Translations under genes and position numbers: made by a program
Shown here: one piece after another, positions 1 to 9,617 of the stretch
How the letters are laid out: each line of letters opens with the position of its first letter
Numbering within the stretch: position 1 is the stretch's first letter
From: a virus
Lineage: Duplodnaviria > Caudoviricetes
Reading direction: 5' to 3' (one strand)
IMG/VR virus record: IMGVR_UViG_3300028591_000098
Coordinates: 1-64,000 of that record
Length of the DNA stretch: 64,000 bases
Notes under the pieces: model-generated
Database searches by the model: none
Told to the model about the DNA's origin: nothing
The model's input: the letters and a program-made list of their open reading frames with translations, nothing else

Positions 1-798
1 GGTCCGCAAGGTGGAGCTGGTAATGGAGGAGACAAAGGAGCTCAAGGTGCTAAAGGTGTTGATGCACCACAAGGAGCTCAAGGTGATAAAGGTGCTACTG
101 GTGCACAAGGTGGAGCTGGTACTGGTGGATATAGAGGTGCACAAGGTACAGCTGGTGGTGGAGGAGACAAAGGAGCACAAGGTAATAAAGGTAATGATGG
201 ATATAGAGGAGCACAAGGTGGAGCTGGTACTGGAGGATATAAGGGAGCACAAGGTCCAGCTGGGGATAAAGGACATCAAGGTCAACAAGGACCTCGTGGA
301 GCAGATGGTTTACTTAATGTTACAGGAGACGGAAACGTTGGAGGTATTAAAACAGGTTTTCCAGAAACAGATAATCAAAGTACTATTGATTATGCAGTAA
401 AAGTAAATCCTGGTGCACAAGCTTATGTAACTATACCAAAATTAATTAAAGTGGATAATTCAATATCTTATGGACGAGGTGGTTTACAATTTGCACAAAC
501 TACAGGAAATGTGGGAACATCACCAACATCAATTCAAAATCCAACAGATGATTGGTATTCACATTTAATAATGAATCACAATAATTCTGCCGGATATTAT
601 ATTGATTTAGCATTCAATTTCTTTTCTGATGATTTTAGATATAGAAGAATAACTGGTGGTTTAGGTGGAAATTGGGGAAGTTTCATAACATCAACAAATA
701 TTGCATCATATAAACCTTCATATTCTTGGAATGAAATTACTAATAGATTTGCTGGAACAAGTTATAACGCAAGTACGTATACTTTAACAATAGCATAA
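1..798 (+). CDS. Collagen-like (Gly-X-Y) tail fibre/virion protein, C-terminal part (5'-truncated by window edge)
   Basis: Frame 1 is open from base 1 to TAA at 798: GPQGGAGNGGDKGAQGAKG... Gly-X-Y repeats to ~305, continuing in frame into the track ORF 451..798. Confidence 0.85.
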   Translation, partial: GPQGGAGNGGDKGAQGAKGVDAPQGAQGDKGATGAQGGAGTGGYRGAQGTAGGGGDKGAQGNKGNDGYRGAQGGAGTGGYKGAQGPAGDKGHQGQQGPRGADGLLNVTGDGNVGGIKTGFPETDNQSTIDYAVKVNPGAQAYVTIPKLIKVDNSISYGRGGLQFAQTTGNVGTSPTSIQNPTDDWYSHLIMNHNNSAGYYIDLAFNFFSDDFRYRRITGGLGGNWGSFITSTNIASYKPSYSWNEITNRFAGTSYNASTYTLTIA

Positions 799-811
799 AT
801 ATTAATTTAAG

Positions 812-841
812 AAAATAGTGACTCAATTGAGTCACTATTTT
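812..841. terminator. Perfect 30-bp palindrome, likely intrinsic terminator
   Basis: aaaatagtgactcaa|ttgagtcactatttt directly after the fibre gene, followed by T-rich tract. Confidence 0.7.
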
Positions 842-873
842 ATTTTTAATAAAAGTATTTATTATATAAATAT

Positions 874-1071
874 ATGGCAGATAATTATATTAGCAAAATA
901 ACAGTAAAAAATACAACATATGATATTTATGATCTCATAAGAGATGATTTAAATAGTTTATATAATAATTTATTAACTATGTATAACACAGTACAAAATT
1001 TAAAAACCAGATTAATAACGTTAAGTAATAGATTAACTGGATTAGAAAATCGTTTAAATGATCTTTCATAA
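874..1071 (+). CDS. Small coiled-coil protein, probably fibre-associated
   Basis: N-terminal YISKITVKNTTYDIYD followed by heptad repeats; motif shared with 1130..2380 and 2412..2600. Confidence 0.65.
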   Translation: MADNYISKITVKNTTYDIYDLIRDDLNSLYNNLLTMYNTVQNLKTRLITLSNRLTGLENRLNDLS

Positions 1072-1103
1072 AAAATGGATGAACACTAGTGTTCATCCAT
1101 TTT
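1072..1103. terminator. Perfect 32-bp palindrome, bidirectional terminator
   Basis: aaaatggatgaacact|agtgttcatccatttt between convergent genes. Confidence 0.75.
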
Positions 1104-1129
1104 ATTTTATTTTTTTAATATTATGTATT

Positions 1130-2380
1130 TTAAGAAGTAACATTTGTAAAGCTAACTGGTATACCATCATATGCATATCCTGCATCTGATATTTTTCTAA
1201 ATGGTAAGTTATTATAGTTAATAAACTCTCCAGTACGCCATACATTTTCAACCCAATAATAAAATGGACCATTTGATCCGCCATATCCATATGTAGAAGA
1301 ATATGGATATGTTGGATCTGTATTAAGAGTAGAATTATTACGATTCCATGTACCACTATAAACAATAGTTCTAAGATTAGAACAATCTTTAAACATATAT
1401 GCCATTGAATTTCTTGCAATATGTGTTGCACTAATTGTTGGTGCGTTTGTCATTGATGAACAACCCTGGAACATTGATTTATAACAACTATCTTTCATTA
1501 TTAATGCCGATAATGTATTATTATATAAACCTGTTAATGCAGTACAACCTTGGAACATTGATTCATAACAACTAATACCTAAGTTATAGGAGGTTAATGA
1601 TGGTCCTGTTACTAATGAAGTACAACCATAAAACATTTCTTTATAACAACTACCTGATAATGTTGTTGCTGGTAATAAATTCGAAGGAACCGTCGTTAAT
1701 GATGTACAACCTTGGAACAATGATTCATAACATGAACCTGATAATGTTGTTGCAGGTAACTGTAAACTAGATATATCTGTAACATTTGTATTTTCAAATA
1801 AATGTGATAAATTTTTATTAGCTAATGAGGTTGTACTTTCAAAATTATCTCCATATGTTATTGACATTATATTACCCGAAATTTTAAATGTACCTTTTGA
1901 AGAATATCCACTTGCTTTATCATCAATAAATACTAAATTACCAGGATTAGTTAATTCTGAGTAAAAACTAGTTATTGTACTTTTAAAATAAACCTTAGGA
2001 TTACTTGCATTTAATGTTATTGTATTTTGTACATTAGATAACATAGGATTCCACTTAATCTTATTATATGAATAATATAAAGTTTTGGTATAGTTCGAGT
2101 ATTTAGATGTAGCTTTAGGCCATTTTAATACAACTGGAGTAGTTCCAGTACGTTCTATAGCTAAATAATTTCTTCTTAAAAAAACATTTTCTTTAGCTGT
2201 TATATCTGCATCTAATTGATCTATTCTGTCATTTAAATCATCTATAGTGGATGTAATAATTCCTATATATGTTCCTAAATATGAATAAGTATCTAATAAT
2301 GATGCATATGTATTACGAGCAGATTCATCATAAAATTGATATGTGGAACCTTTTATTGATAAATATTTTATATCCGACAT
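1130..2380 (-). CDS. Leucine-rich-repeat (BspA-like) protein with N-terminal coiled coil
   Basis: Repeats LPATTLSGSCYESLFQGCTSL / CYKEMFYGCTSL / CYESMFQGCTAL. Confidence 0.75.
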   Translation of the reverse strand: MSDIKYLSIKGSTYQFYDESARNTYASLLDTYSYLGTYIGIITSTIDDLNDRIDQLDADITAKENVFLRRNYLAIERTGTTPVVLKWPKATSKYSNYTKTLYYSYNKIKWNPMLSNVQNTITLNASNPKVYFKSTITSFYSELTNPGNLVFIDDKASGYSSKGTFKISGNIMSITYGDNFESTTSLANKNLSHLFENTNVTDISSLQLPATTLSGSCYESLFQGCTSLTTVPSNLLPATTLSGSCYKEMFYGCTSLVTGPSLTSYNLGISCYESMFQGCTALTGLYNNTLSALIMKDSCYKSMFQGCSSMTNAPTISATHIARNSMAYMFKDCSNLRTIVYSGTWNRNNSTLNTDPTYPYSSTYGYGGSNGPFYYWVENVWRTGEFINYNNLPFRKISDAGYAYDGIPVSFTNVTS

Positions 2381-2411
2381 TATGTAATTTATTTAATTTA
2401 TTTTATTATAA

Positions 2412-2600
2412 TTATTTTACTTTATTTTCTGCTGTAGATAATCTTTCAGAAATATTATTTATTAAATTGGAAATATCAGTTATTAAATTATTAATATTAT
2501 CAATTATATCATTAATAGGATCAATAATTGTCGATACTCCATCATCCCTAACAATATAATTTGTATTTTTTATATTTATTTTTTTTATTAAATATGCCAT
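2412..2600 (-). CDS. Small coiled-coil protein, paralogue of 874..1071
   Basis: YLIKKINIKNTNYIVRD plus heptads ending ISERLSTAENK. Confidence 0.6.
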   Translation of the reverse strand: MAYLIKKINIKNTNYIVRDDGVSTIIDPINDIIDNINNLITDISNLINNISERLSTAENKVK

Positions 2601-2691
2601 ATGAAATAAACATAAATTTATTATTTAATATAGTAATTAAAAATAATATAATTTAACCAATTTTAACTTTATATATTAAATTAATATAAAG

Positions 2692-2721
2692 AAAGGTGAA
2701 TGTTTTGAAACATTCACCTTT
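2692..2721. terminator. Hairpin terminator
   Basis: aaaggtgaatgttt-tg-aaacattcaccttt overlapping stop of the phosphoesterase gene. Confidence 0.7.
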
Positions 2722-3451
2722 TATTTATAATTCTTTCAACAAGTTTTCCATTATCATCTATAATTTCTGATATATAATATTTAGTAATACAATCAATTCC
2801 ATAAAAATGTCCTTCATTGATATTCCAATAATTTATCATATCCTTTTGAGTATGTCCAAATATTTGTGACCATGTTATTCCATCTTTATCTTTATATGGT
2901 GATTCTTTTAAACCACTTGGACGTACCCATAATGGACTATTCCATGAAGAACTACCATACATATTACCTCCATCTTTTGATGTAAAATTGAAATAATTTA
3001 CTGCAAGTGTGTTAATATTTCCTAAACTTCCAGAACACCATTTGTTAAACCAATTTTGAGTCACTCCTGCATGTGAATATATTGTCTTATTAATTTCATC
3101 AACATAACACATTGTTAGAATATTTTTATCCCAATCTTTAGATAAGTTATATCCAACTAATGAGTCAGTTAATGAATTCCATCCTGAACATCTATCGAAT
3201 AATGGAGACATATAATGCATATCGTGATTACCAATAAGCATTATAAATTTGTTACCCTTCTTTTTCTTTATATGTTCATTACGAAGTTCTATAATATTAT
3301 CATAACATATTTTTTGTTCATATGGTGGTATATCAAATGAATCAAAATAATCTCCTAATATTATAACTTCATCTGGTTGTTCTCTATTATATATGTCAAT
3401 AATAGAAGTCCATCTTCCATGAGGATCCCCTAATACAATTCTTTTTTTCAT
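2714..3451 (-). CDS. Calcineurin-like metallophosphoesterase
   Basis: Motifs GDPHG, GDYFD, GNHD, SHAG, FGHT. Confidence 0.9.
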   Translation of the reverse strand: MKKRIVLGDPHGRWTSIIDIYNREQPDEVIILGDYFDSFDIPPYEQKICYDNIIELRNEHIKKKKGNKFIMLIGNHDMHYMSPLFDRCSGWNSLTDSLVGYNLSKDWDKNILTMCYVDEINKTIYSHAGVTQNWFNKWCSGSLGNINTLAVNYFNFTSKDGGNMYGSSSWNSPLWVRPSGLKESPYKDKDGITWSQIFGHTQKDMINYWNINEGHFYGIDCITKYYISEIIDDNGKLVERIINKR

Positions 3452-3455
3452 TATA

Positions 3456-3650
3456 TTATAAAAGTATAAAAAATAAACATATTAATATAAGCATAATGAT
3501 TATTATTTTTAGAGATAAAACAAATATAAATGAAAATATTGAAAAAAACAATTCAAATATTCCCATAAATATTCCTCCTAAAAATGTCAAAATTCCACCT
3601 CCAAAAAATATTAAACATCCAATGAATAATATAATAAAAAATAATTCCAT
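3456..3650 (-). CDS. Small hydrophobic membrane protein
   Basis: Almost entirely hydrophobic 64-aa ORF, abuts next gene, preceded by recurrent promoter motif. Confidence 0.5.
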   Translation of the reverse strand: MELFFIILFIGCLIFFGGGILTFLGGIFMGIFELFFSIFSFIFVLSLKIIIIMLILICLFFILL

Positions 3651-3673
3651 TTTTATTAATATTTGTTTTAATA

Positions 3674-3702
3674 AAAATAGAATTAATAATGTATTTTTTC
3701 AA
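3674..3702 (-). promoter_or_regulatory. Recurrent phage promoter motif
   Basis: Minus strand TTGAAA-N17-TATTTT with C immediately before -10. Confidence 0.5.
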
Positions 3703-3710
3703 ATAATATA

Positions 3711-3980
3711 TTAAATTTTTTCTAATCGTATTATAAAATTATTCTTAAATATTTCCTTAACACGATATTTAATATTACAATCATTTATTTCATAACCAAT
3801 ATTTATAAATGGTCCACCAGATGGATCTATAAAAGCAATTGTTTTATTGTCATCTTCATATCCGACTCTCATATAGTTTAAATTTGATGGATCTGTAGAT
3901 TTTAATTGCCATAAATCTGCATCTATATGTTCTAACCATATATTTGCATTATATCTATTCAGTAATTTTATTTTTTTCAT
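3711..3980 (-). CDS. Hypothetical protein
   Basis: ORF overlapping upstream gene by 4 nt; contains FIDPSGGPFI. Confidence 0.6.
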   Translation of the reverse strand: MKKIKLLNRYNANIWLEHIDADLWQLKSTDPSNLNYMRVGYEDDNKTIAFIDPSGGPFINIGYEINDCNIKYRVKEIFKNNFIIRLEKI

Positions 3981-4258
3981 ATTATTAAACCTGAATTATT
4001 TTCTTGTTTTTCTTGAGCCTTTTCTCCCTTTTCAAGTAAATCTCTATAAGTTTTTTCAATAGTACCACAGTTTGAGCATACTAATACTGTAATAGGATAA
4101 TTAATATCTTCCGATCCAGCACCTGCAATCAAACCAGGTATTTTCTTAATAATAATTTTTTCCTCAAATAATTCTTTACCACAATTATCGCATTTTACTG
4201 ATGGATATTTCAATGGATTAACAATTGGTCCTTTTCCTAAATTCAAATCGTCTTTCAT
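3977..4258 (-). CDS. Zinc-ribbon protein
   Basis: CDNCG ... CSNCG. Confidence 0.65.
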   Translation of the reverse strand: MKDDLNLGKGPIVNPLKYPSVKCDNCGKELFEEKIIIKKIPGLIAGAGSEDINYPITVLVCSNCGTIEKTYRDLLEKGEKAQEKQENNSGLII

Positions 4259-4327
4259 ATTATCTTAATTAATATATTTATTGGGAATCTACTTAGTCAC
4301 ATTCCTTATCTTAACATCAATTAACAA

Positions 4328-4780
4328 TTACTTATTTAATTTATTTATAGATTTTTCTAATAATCCTTTTGCAAAATTCAATTTTTCTATTTTTTCATTA
4401 ATTAACTTCATATTTGATTCACATGTTTCTTTAATATATTGCTTAGCATAATCTTCATCAACAAACACCTGTATATATGGTCCATTTTTGTCATAAGGAG
4501 GAGTCATTGTTATATTTCTTAAATTATCATAGAAATCATCATAATCCCTTCGATATTCTATATTCTTGAAAAGTATTGTAATATAATTAACCGACCTTGT
4601 AACTATATCACTTTCCCATCTATCTCCTATGTCATACTCTTCTAACTTACCAACCTCATTAGAGATAACTAAGCATTTTGTCAATTCATATTCACTTGGA
4701 TAGTCATATGGGTTATTCCAATTTAAATCATGAACAACATATACATAAGAACCTGCTTTTAAACTACTAAATTTATTCAT
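4328..4780 (-). CDS. Hypothetical protein
   Basis: 150-aa ORF in co-oriented run. Confidence 0.6.
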   Translation of the reverse strand: MNKFSSLKAGSYVYVVHDLNWNNPYDYPSEYELTKCLVISNEVGKLEEYDIGDRWESDIVTRSVNYITILFKNIEYRRDYDDFYDNLRNITMTPPYDKNGPYIQVFVDEDYAKQYIKETCESNMKLINEKIEKLNFAKGLLEKSINKLNK

Positions 4781-4953
4781 AATAACTTGGCTCTCCTAAA
4801 TATTCAATATAGTCATAAAATATTGTATAAAAATTATTATATTGTGTAATTGATATAACTTGCATTTTTGGGTTATATCCAAGTTTAAGCATATTTTCTA
4901 GAAATTTGCAAACTTGATCTTTACCATCACATACTATTGCCTTATACATAATA

Positions 4954-5916
4954 TTAATAAATATCTTTTTTAATATTTTCATCAGGAATCCACTTAGTCA
5001 CACTTCCAATTGGTGCATCAATGGGCATACGTATTTTCTTATATCCTATTTCTTTCTGATAATAGTGATTCAGATCATCTTCCTTTTGATATGTATCATG
5101 TATATATGTCCAAAACCATTCTACTTCTTCTCCATTAGTAAGAATAGACTTATGATGGTGTTCTAAATCAAATAAATGAACAAGATGATTCCAAACCATC
5201 AAGTCATCAACATTTGTAAGATAAAAATGTTCAGGATTTGGACGATTTTTTGTTAGTTCATGGAATTGTACACCAAGTTTTCCATAATCATCTTCATTAT
5301 TATCCCACCTTTTAAAATGTTCCCAAACATAATCATCAATTAATGCATCATTATTGTAAAAATTTTTACATATCTTTAATACTTGTGGTCTAAGATACTC
5401 TTCCCAAGTTATTGTTTCAAAAGTATATCCTCGTTCATTATCAGCTAACTTAATTCGTACTTCATAATACTTAAGTAAGTCTTCTTTCTTTTGAATATCG
5501 AAGTCTTCAACAAACTGGCAGAATATATCAAGTGCAGATGTATAAATACGATTAAATGAAGTGATAGGAAATATAAACATAGGACCACATCCAAATTGCA
5601 AACATCTTTCAACTTCTCTATTTATATCATATGCAGTAAAGATAGAACGCTCTTCACTCATACGTCCATAACAATGTGAAGCAATATCACCAGCTCTCAT
5701 AGAAGCAGCTATGGTATGACGTCCAATACAATATCGATATGACATCCACATTGAATCTTCTTCATAACCACCAAAATCACTAAGCATTGTATTGTCTTTT
5801 ATAAACTTGTTGAAAAATGATACTACACAATTTTCTTTAGCTTTATTCATATCAATGCCAAAAGTCTTACTTCCAACTTTTACAGTGTTCTTTTTTGTAT
5901 CAAATACAATTTTCAT
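4954..5916 (-). CDS. Hypothetical protein
   Basis: 320-aa ORF starting 1 nt after upstream TAG. Confidence 0.7.
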   Translation of the reverse strand: MKIVFDTKKNTVKVGSKTFGIDMNKAKENCVVSFFNKFIKDNTMLSDFGGYEEDSMWMSYRYCIGRHTIAASMRAGDIASHCYGRMSEERSIFTAYDINREVERCLQFGCGPMFIFPITSFNRIYTSALDIFCQFVEDFDIQKKEDLLKYYEVRIKLADNERGYTFETITWEEYLRPQVLKICKNFYNNDALIDDYVWEHFKRWDNNEDDYGKLGVQFHELTKNRPNPEHFYLTNVDDLMVWNHLVHLFDLEHHHKSILTNGEEVEWFWTYIHDTYQKEDDLNHYYQKEIGYKKIRMPIDAPIGSVTKWIPDENIKKDIY

Positions 5917-5917
5917 A

Positions 5918-6742
5918 CTATAAATTATTTATGTCAATTTCTTCACAACAATATTTAGGTATATATTCTCTTGTTACAAATGCATCATAGTTAACCGAAG
6001 CAGGATCTTTATAGAATTTCAATTTGTTTTCATATTTATTTAAATCAATTCTTATAAGATGTATATTTTTTTTCTTAATTTCTCTTTGAACTTTTGATAA
6101 AGTTTCTTTTAATTTGTTTTTATCTTTATCACCAACAACAAATATATATCTTGGATAATATCTATCATTATCATGTCTTGGTACTAATCCATGATGATTC
6201 AATCTTTTCAATCCATTATCATTAACAAATCTATATATTATACCTTTACAATCATTATATATGTAATCTGTTTTTTCTTCTGGTTTGTAAGGCTCTATAT
6301 AAATCTCGTAATATTTTATATCATTATATTTACGATCTTCACAAAATGAAACATAATAATTATAAAAATTCAATAATGACTTAAATTCTTCATTATTCAC
6401 TAATTTATTATCAGAAATAAATAATGTTAATGAGTTTGTTTTTGTAACTGGATTTACTTCAACTCCATCATATAAATAATTTCCAAACTTTTTATTTATT
6501 TTTTCTAATAATTTTTCACTTTTATATGATTTTATAATATTTTCATAAATTATATTTTCTTGAATTATATCATATTTAGGTCCACGTTTATCATGCCATA
6601 ATAATCCTTCTATATTTTTAATATCGAAATATGATAATTCTTCATTCATCAAATCATTATATTCAATAATATCTTCTATATTAGGATTACTTAAGTGTTT
6701 AGGATATTTATATGTCTTAATAAAATTCTTTAATTCTTTCAT
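5918..6742 (-). CDS. Putative ADP-ribosyltransferase-fold (Tpt1/KptA-like) protein
   Basis: C-terminal IYRFV...LNHHGLVPR...YPRYIFV...LIRID...FYKDP...FVTREYIP pattern; N-terminus MKELKNFIK resembles the capsid tag. Confidence 0.45.
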   Translation of the reverse strand: MKELKNFIKTYKYPKHLSNPNIEDIIEYNDLMNEELSYFDIKNIEGLLWHDKRGPKYDIIQENIIYENIIKSYKSEKLLEKINKKFGNYLYDGVEVNPVTKTNSLTLFISDNKLVNNEEFKSLLNFYNYYVSFCEDRKYNDIKYYEIYIEPYKPEEKTDYIYNDCKGIIYRFVNDNGLKRLNHHGLVPRHDNDRYYPRYIFVVGDKDKNKLKETLSKVQREIKKKNIHLIRIDLNKYENKLKFYKDPASVNYDAFVTREYIPKYCCEEIDINNL

Positions 6743-6748
6743 ATATAA

Positions 6749-7009
6749 TTACCAAGGATATTTATTTTGTTTTTTCTTATCTTTATGTTCCCAAAGAAAT
6801 TTATCTGCTTCTTCCCACCAGAATTTTTTCATAGCATCTATAGCCTCTTCTTTAGTTGCATAATTATAATATGCTAAACAAATCTTAGGTCCAGTATATA
6901 TGCTCCAAGGTTTATCTCCTGCATTTCCTGCATCACTTTTACGAACTTCATATCGTTCATAAATTTTTTTACGAATTTGTTTCAAATAAAATGTTTTCAT
7001 GATGCGCAT
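6749..7009 (-). CDS. Hypothetical protein
   Basis: TAATG-coupled ORF. Confidence 0.55.
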   Translation of the reverse strand: MRIMKTFYLKQIRKKIYERYEVRKSDAGNAGDKPWSIYTGPKICLAYYNYATKEEAIDAMKKFWWEEADKFLWEHKDKKKQNKYPW

Positions 7010-7197
7010 TATATTAATTCAGATATATCACCTAAGAAAATACATACTTCTGTAGCATTTCCTTTACAATTATCCGATGATTCACCATAACCATTAGACC
7101 ACCCATATGTTAATTTTCCTTTAAAAGGAGTTCCATTAGCAAATATTACTTCAATTTCAGCTTCAGGATTAAATTCTAATAAATCTTTAATTTTCAT
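7009..7197 (-). CDS. Hypothetical protein
   Basis: TAATG-coupled ORF. Confidence 0.55.
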   Translation of the reverse strand: MKIKDLLEFNPEAEIEVIFANGTPFKGKLTYGWSNGYGESSDNCKGNATEVCIFLGDISELI

Positions 7198-7211
7198 TTT
7201 GTAAATCTTCT

Positions 7212-7397
7212 TTAGTCATAATTCTCTGATACATAAAAAGATTGGCCACATTCTGGACAAACTACCTCATATTCTGGATTACCATCATCTAACATTTGCC
7301 AAAAATCTTTATCCCAAACATCTACACATTCTCCACATGAAGGACACCAACATTTCATATCCTCATTTTCCCACCATAATCTAGATACTAAACTCAT
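7212..7397 (-). CDS. Zinc-ribbon protein
   Basis: CPSCG ... CPECG. Confidence 0.65.
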   Translation of the reverse strand: MSLVSRLWWENEDMKCWCPSCGECVDVWDKDFWQMLDDGNPEYEVVCPECGQSFYVSENYD

Positions 7398-7399
7398 AA

Positions 7400-7618
7400 T
7401 TATTTCAATCTTGTTACAATTCTACCTTTGGTCAAATCATAAGGACTCATTTCAACTTTTACTTTATCACCTGTCATCAATCTAATATTATTAATTCTAA
7501 TTTTTCCAGATATATGACATAATATTTCTATTCCATTTTCCAATTCTACTCTAAACATTGAATTAGAAAGATTTTCAGTAATTATTCCTGTTTGATCAAT
7601 TGTGTTTTGTTTTGCCAT
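7400..7618 (-). CDS. infA: Translation initiation factor IF-1
   Basis: 72 aa, MAKQ...[13 protein letters not shown]...HISGKIR...[18 protein letters not shown]. Confidence 0.95.
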   Translation of the reverse strand: MAKQNTIDQTGIITENLSNSMFRVELENGIEILCHISGKIRINNIRLMTGDKVKVEMSPYDLTKGRIVTRLK

Positions 7619-7995
7619 TATTTACTATTTAATTTATCTTTTAATTGTTTGTTTTCTCTCTTTAACTTATTTACTTCTGATGTTAATGTGTTTATTTTTT
7701 GAGAAAGAGAATTATTATCATCAGTTAATTGATTAACCTGATTTGCCAATTCTTGTTTAGTATTCAATGCAACACCAACCAAATCATTCTTATTAGTTTG
7801 GGCATCATCCCAACGAACTTTTAAAATATTTAATGAATCTGATTGTGCTTTAATAATAGAATCCTTTTTAACAAGTTCTATAGCTTGTTTATTAAGTTTA
7901 GTATCTCTATTACATGCTACTGTGCATTTATTTAAACTAAATGCTACCAATATAGCAATTAATATTATCTTCCAATTTTTCTTTATAAATTCCAT
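7618..7995 (-). CDS. Membrane-anchored coiled-coil protein
   Basis: N-terminal TM helix then long heptad region. Confidence 0.6.
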   Translation of the reverse strand: MEFIKKNWKIILIAILVAFSLNKCTVACNRDTKLNKQAIELVKKDSIIKAQSDSLNILKVRWDDAQTNKNDLVGVALNTKQELANQVNQLTDDNNSLSQKINTLTSEVNKLKRENKQLKDKLNSK

Positions 7996-8045
7996 ATAAC
8001 TTAGTTTTTATTTTAATAATATTATAATTATAGTAATTTTACTAA

Positions 8046-8357
8046 TTAATTTTCATTCAACCATTTTTTATGATCTACACACCACTTAAGACATTCTTTT
8101 ATATTGTCAAATGTCCAAAGCATTATGAACTTTCGCCCATATAAATCATATCCACGAGATTCATGCCAAAAATTCTTTATAGAATATTCTTTTCCTAATT
8201 CAAGTGTCGAATAGTTTTTTGAATTTGACCTAACGAAATTAATATTATATTTTTTAACAACTTTTACTTCTGCTGGTACAAAATATCCTTCATCATTACG
8301 ATATGCCACATAATATTCCTTACCAATCTCTAAATCTTTAAGTTCAATTGTATTCAT
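8046..8357 (-). CDS. Hypothetical protein
   Basis: 103-aa ORF downstream of promoter motif. Confidence 0.55.
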   Translation of the reverse strand: MNTIELKDLEIGKEYYVAYRNDEGYFVPAEVKVVKKYNINFVRSNSKNYSTLELGKEYSIKNFWHESRGYDLYGRKFIMLWTFDNIKECLKWCVDHKKWLNEN

Positions 8358-8410
8358 AATTACAAATACATTTTAGAATTTTTCCATACAATCAATTTAA
8401 TTATATAATA

Positions 8411-8438
8411 TATATAGAATATTATTTAAATTTTTCAA
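8411..8438 (-). promoter_or_regulatory. Recurrent phage promoter motif
   Basis: Minus strand TTGAAA-N16-TATATA with C before -10, at head of minus-strand operon. Confidence 0.5.
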
Positions 8439-8496
8439 AATAATTCATATAAATAAAATTATTTTTAAATATATATAATTTAAACAAATAATATTT

Positions 8497-9000
8497 ATGA
8501 AATCTATTTATAATATAATTAATGAAGCTTCTAATGAAAACAACATTATTGAAGCTTTAAAAAATGCATTAAAAGAAGAGATTAATGCATGGTATGGATA
8601 TATTATTGTTAAGGAATGGTTAGCTTGTCCTGAACGTAATAATATTGTAGAATTTTATGAGAAGACCGCAAAAGACGAATTAGAAGATCATGCATACTGG
8701 TTAATGAAACGTATTAGTCAATTAGGTGGTTCAATAAAGGATATATCATTAACTCCAAATTCATTAGATTCTGCTAATCATAAATATTTAGCGCCAGTTT
8801 GGAATAAAGATAAGATTAATGTTAAAAAATCATTAGAATTGAATATACAAAATGAAGAAGGAGCTATTGAAACATATAAAGAATTAGTACAAATGACTGA
8901 AAGTGTAGATCCAACTTCTAATTCAAAACTTAAGGAAATACTTGCAGATGAAGAAGAACATTTACAAGAATTAAAAGACTATTTAGATGATATTAAATGA
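8497..9000 (+). CDS. Ferritin-like (DpsL/bacterioferritin-type) protein with capsid-targeting-like tag
   Basis: Di-iron ligand pattern EEINAWYGY, DELEDHA, EEGAIETY, DEEEH; starts MKSIYNIINE. Confidence 0.85.
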   Translation: MKSIYNIINEASNENNIIEALKNALKEEINAWYGYIIVKEWLACPERNNIVEFYEKTAKDELEDHAYWLMKRISQLGGSIKDISLTPNSLDSANHKYLAPVWNKDKINVKKSLELNIQNEEGAIETYKELVQMTESVDPTSNSKLKEILADEEEHLQELKDYLDDIK

Positions 9001-9617
9001 AACACTTAATAGAATATATTAACGAACAATTAAAACCGGATGTTCAAAAATGGTTGGCAAATGTTTATAAGACAATGCAATCATTAATTAAGGACAATAA
9101 AGTTCAACCTATAGATGTTGATCCAAAGAAATTAGCTAAACCAGAAAAGGGTGGATTTACTTTTGATGATTTTACAAATGATAAAACTGTTAAGACTATT
9201 ATAAATGATAAAGTTTTAGGTTTTACTGTTACTGCTCAAATGTTAAAAAATTCTAATAAGTATTTAGTTAACAAAAGTGGAGAAGAAGAAAAAGAACTAA
9301 AACCTGAATGTCTTCCATATTGGTATCAACAAGATAATAACATATACTTTATTGGTATTGTTATGTATGATAGTTCTGTAACATATATTGATGAGTTTGC
9401 CCATTTAGTAGATATAGAAACATCATTATGTGTAAGTGAATCCTTACCAGTATTGAAAGCCATGTTAAATGATTTTGCCCTTCATTATTTAAATAAAAAA
9501 GGAAACTATAAAGGATTAACGGCAAAACCAGAACACCCTAAAATGAGAGCAATATTAACTAAACTTGGATTTAGCCCAATGAAAGATAATAAAGATATTT
9601 TAATTTATAAATTATAA
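8997..9617 (+). CDS. Tagged protein, possible GNAT-like fold
   Basis: Starts MKHLIEYINE; FIGIVMY...AHLVDIE...KGLTA...LTKLGF. Confidence 0.5.
   Translation: MKHLIEYINEQLKPDVQKWLANVYKTMQSLIKDNKVQPIDVDPKKLAKPEKGGFTFDDFTNDKTVKTIINDKVLGFTVTAQMLKNSNKYLVNKSGEEEKELKPECLPYWYQQDNNIYFIGIVMYDSSVTYIDEFAHLVDIETSLCVSESLPVLKAMLNDFALHYLNKKGNYKGLTAKPEHPKMRAILTKLGFSPMKDNKDILIYKL

Noticed and set aside
11-400. Track ORF MELVMEETKELKV...
   Set aside because: Out-of-frame shadow of the Gly-X-Y collagen repeat in frame 1
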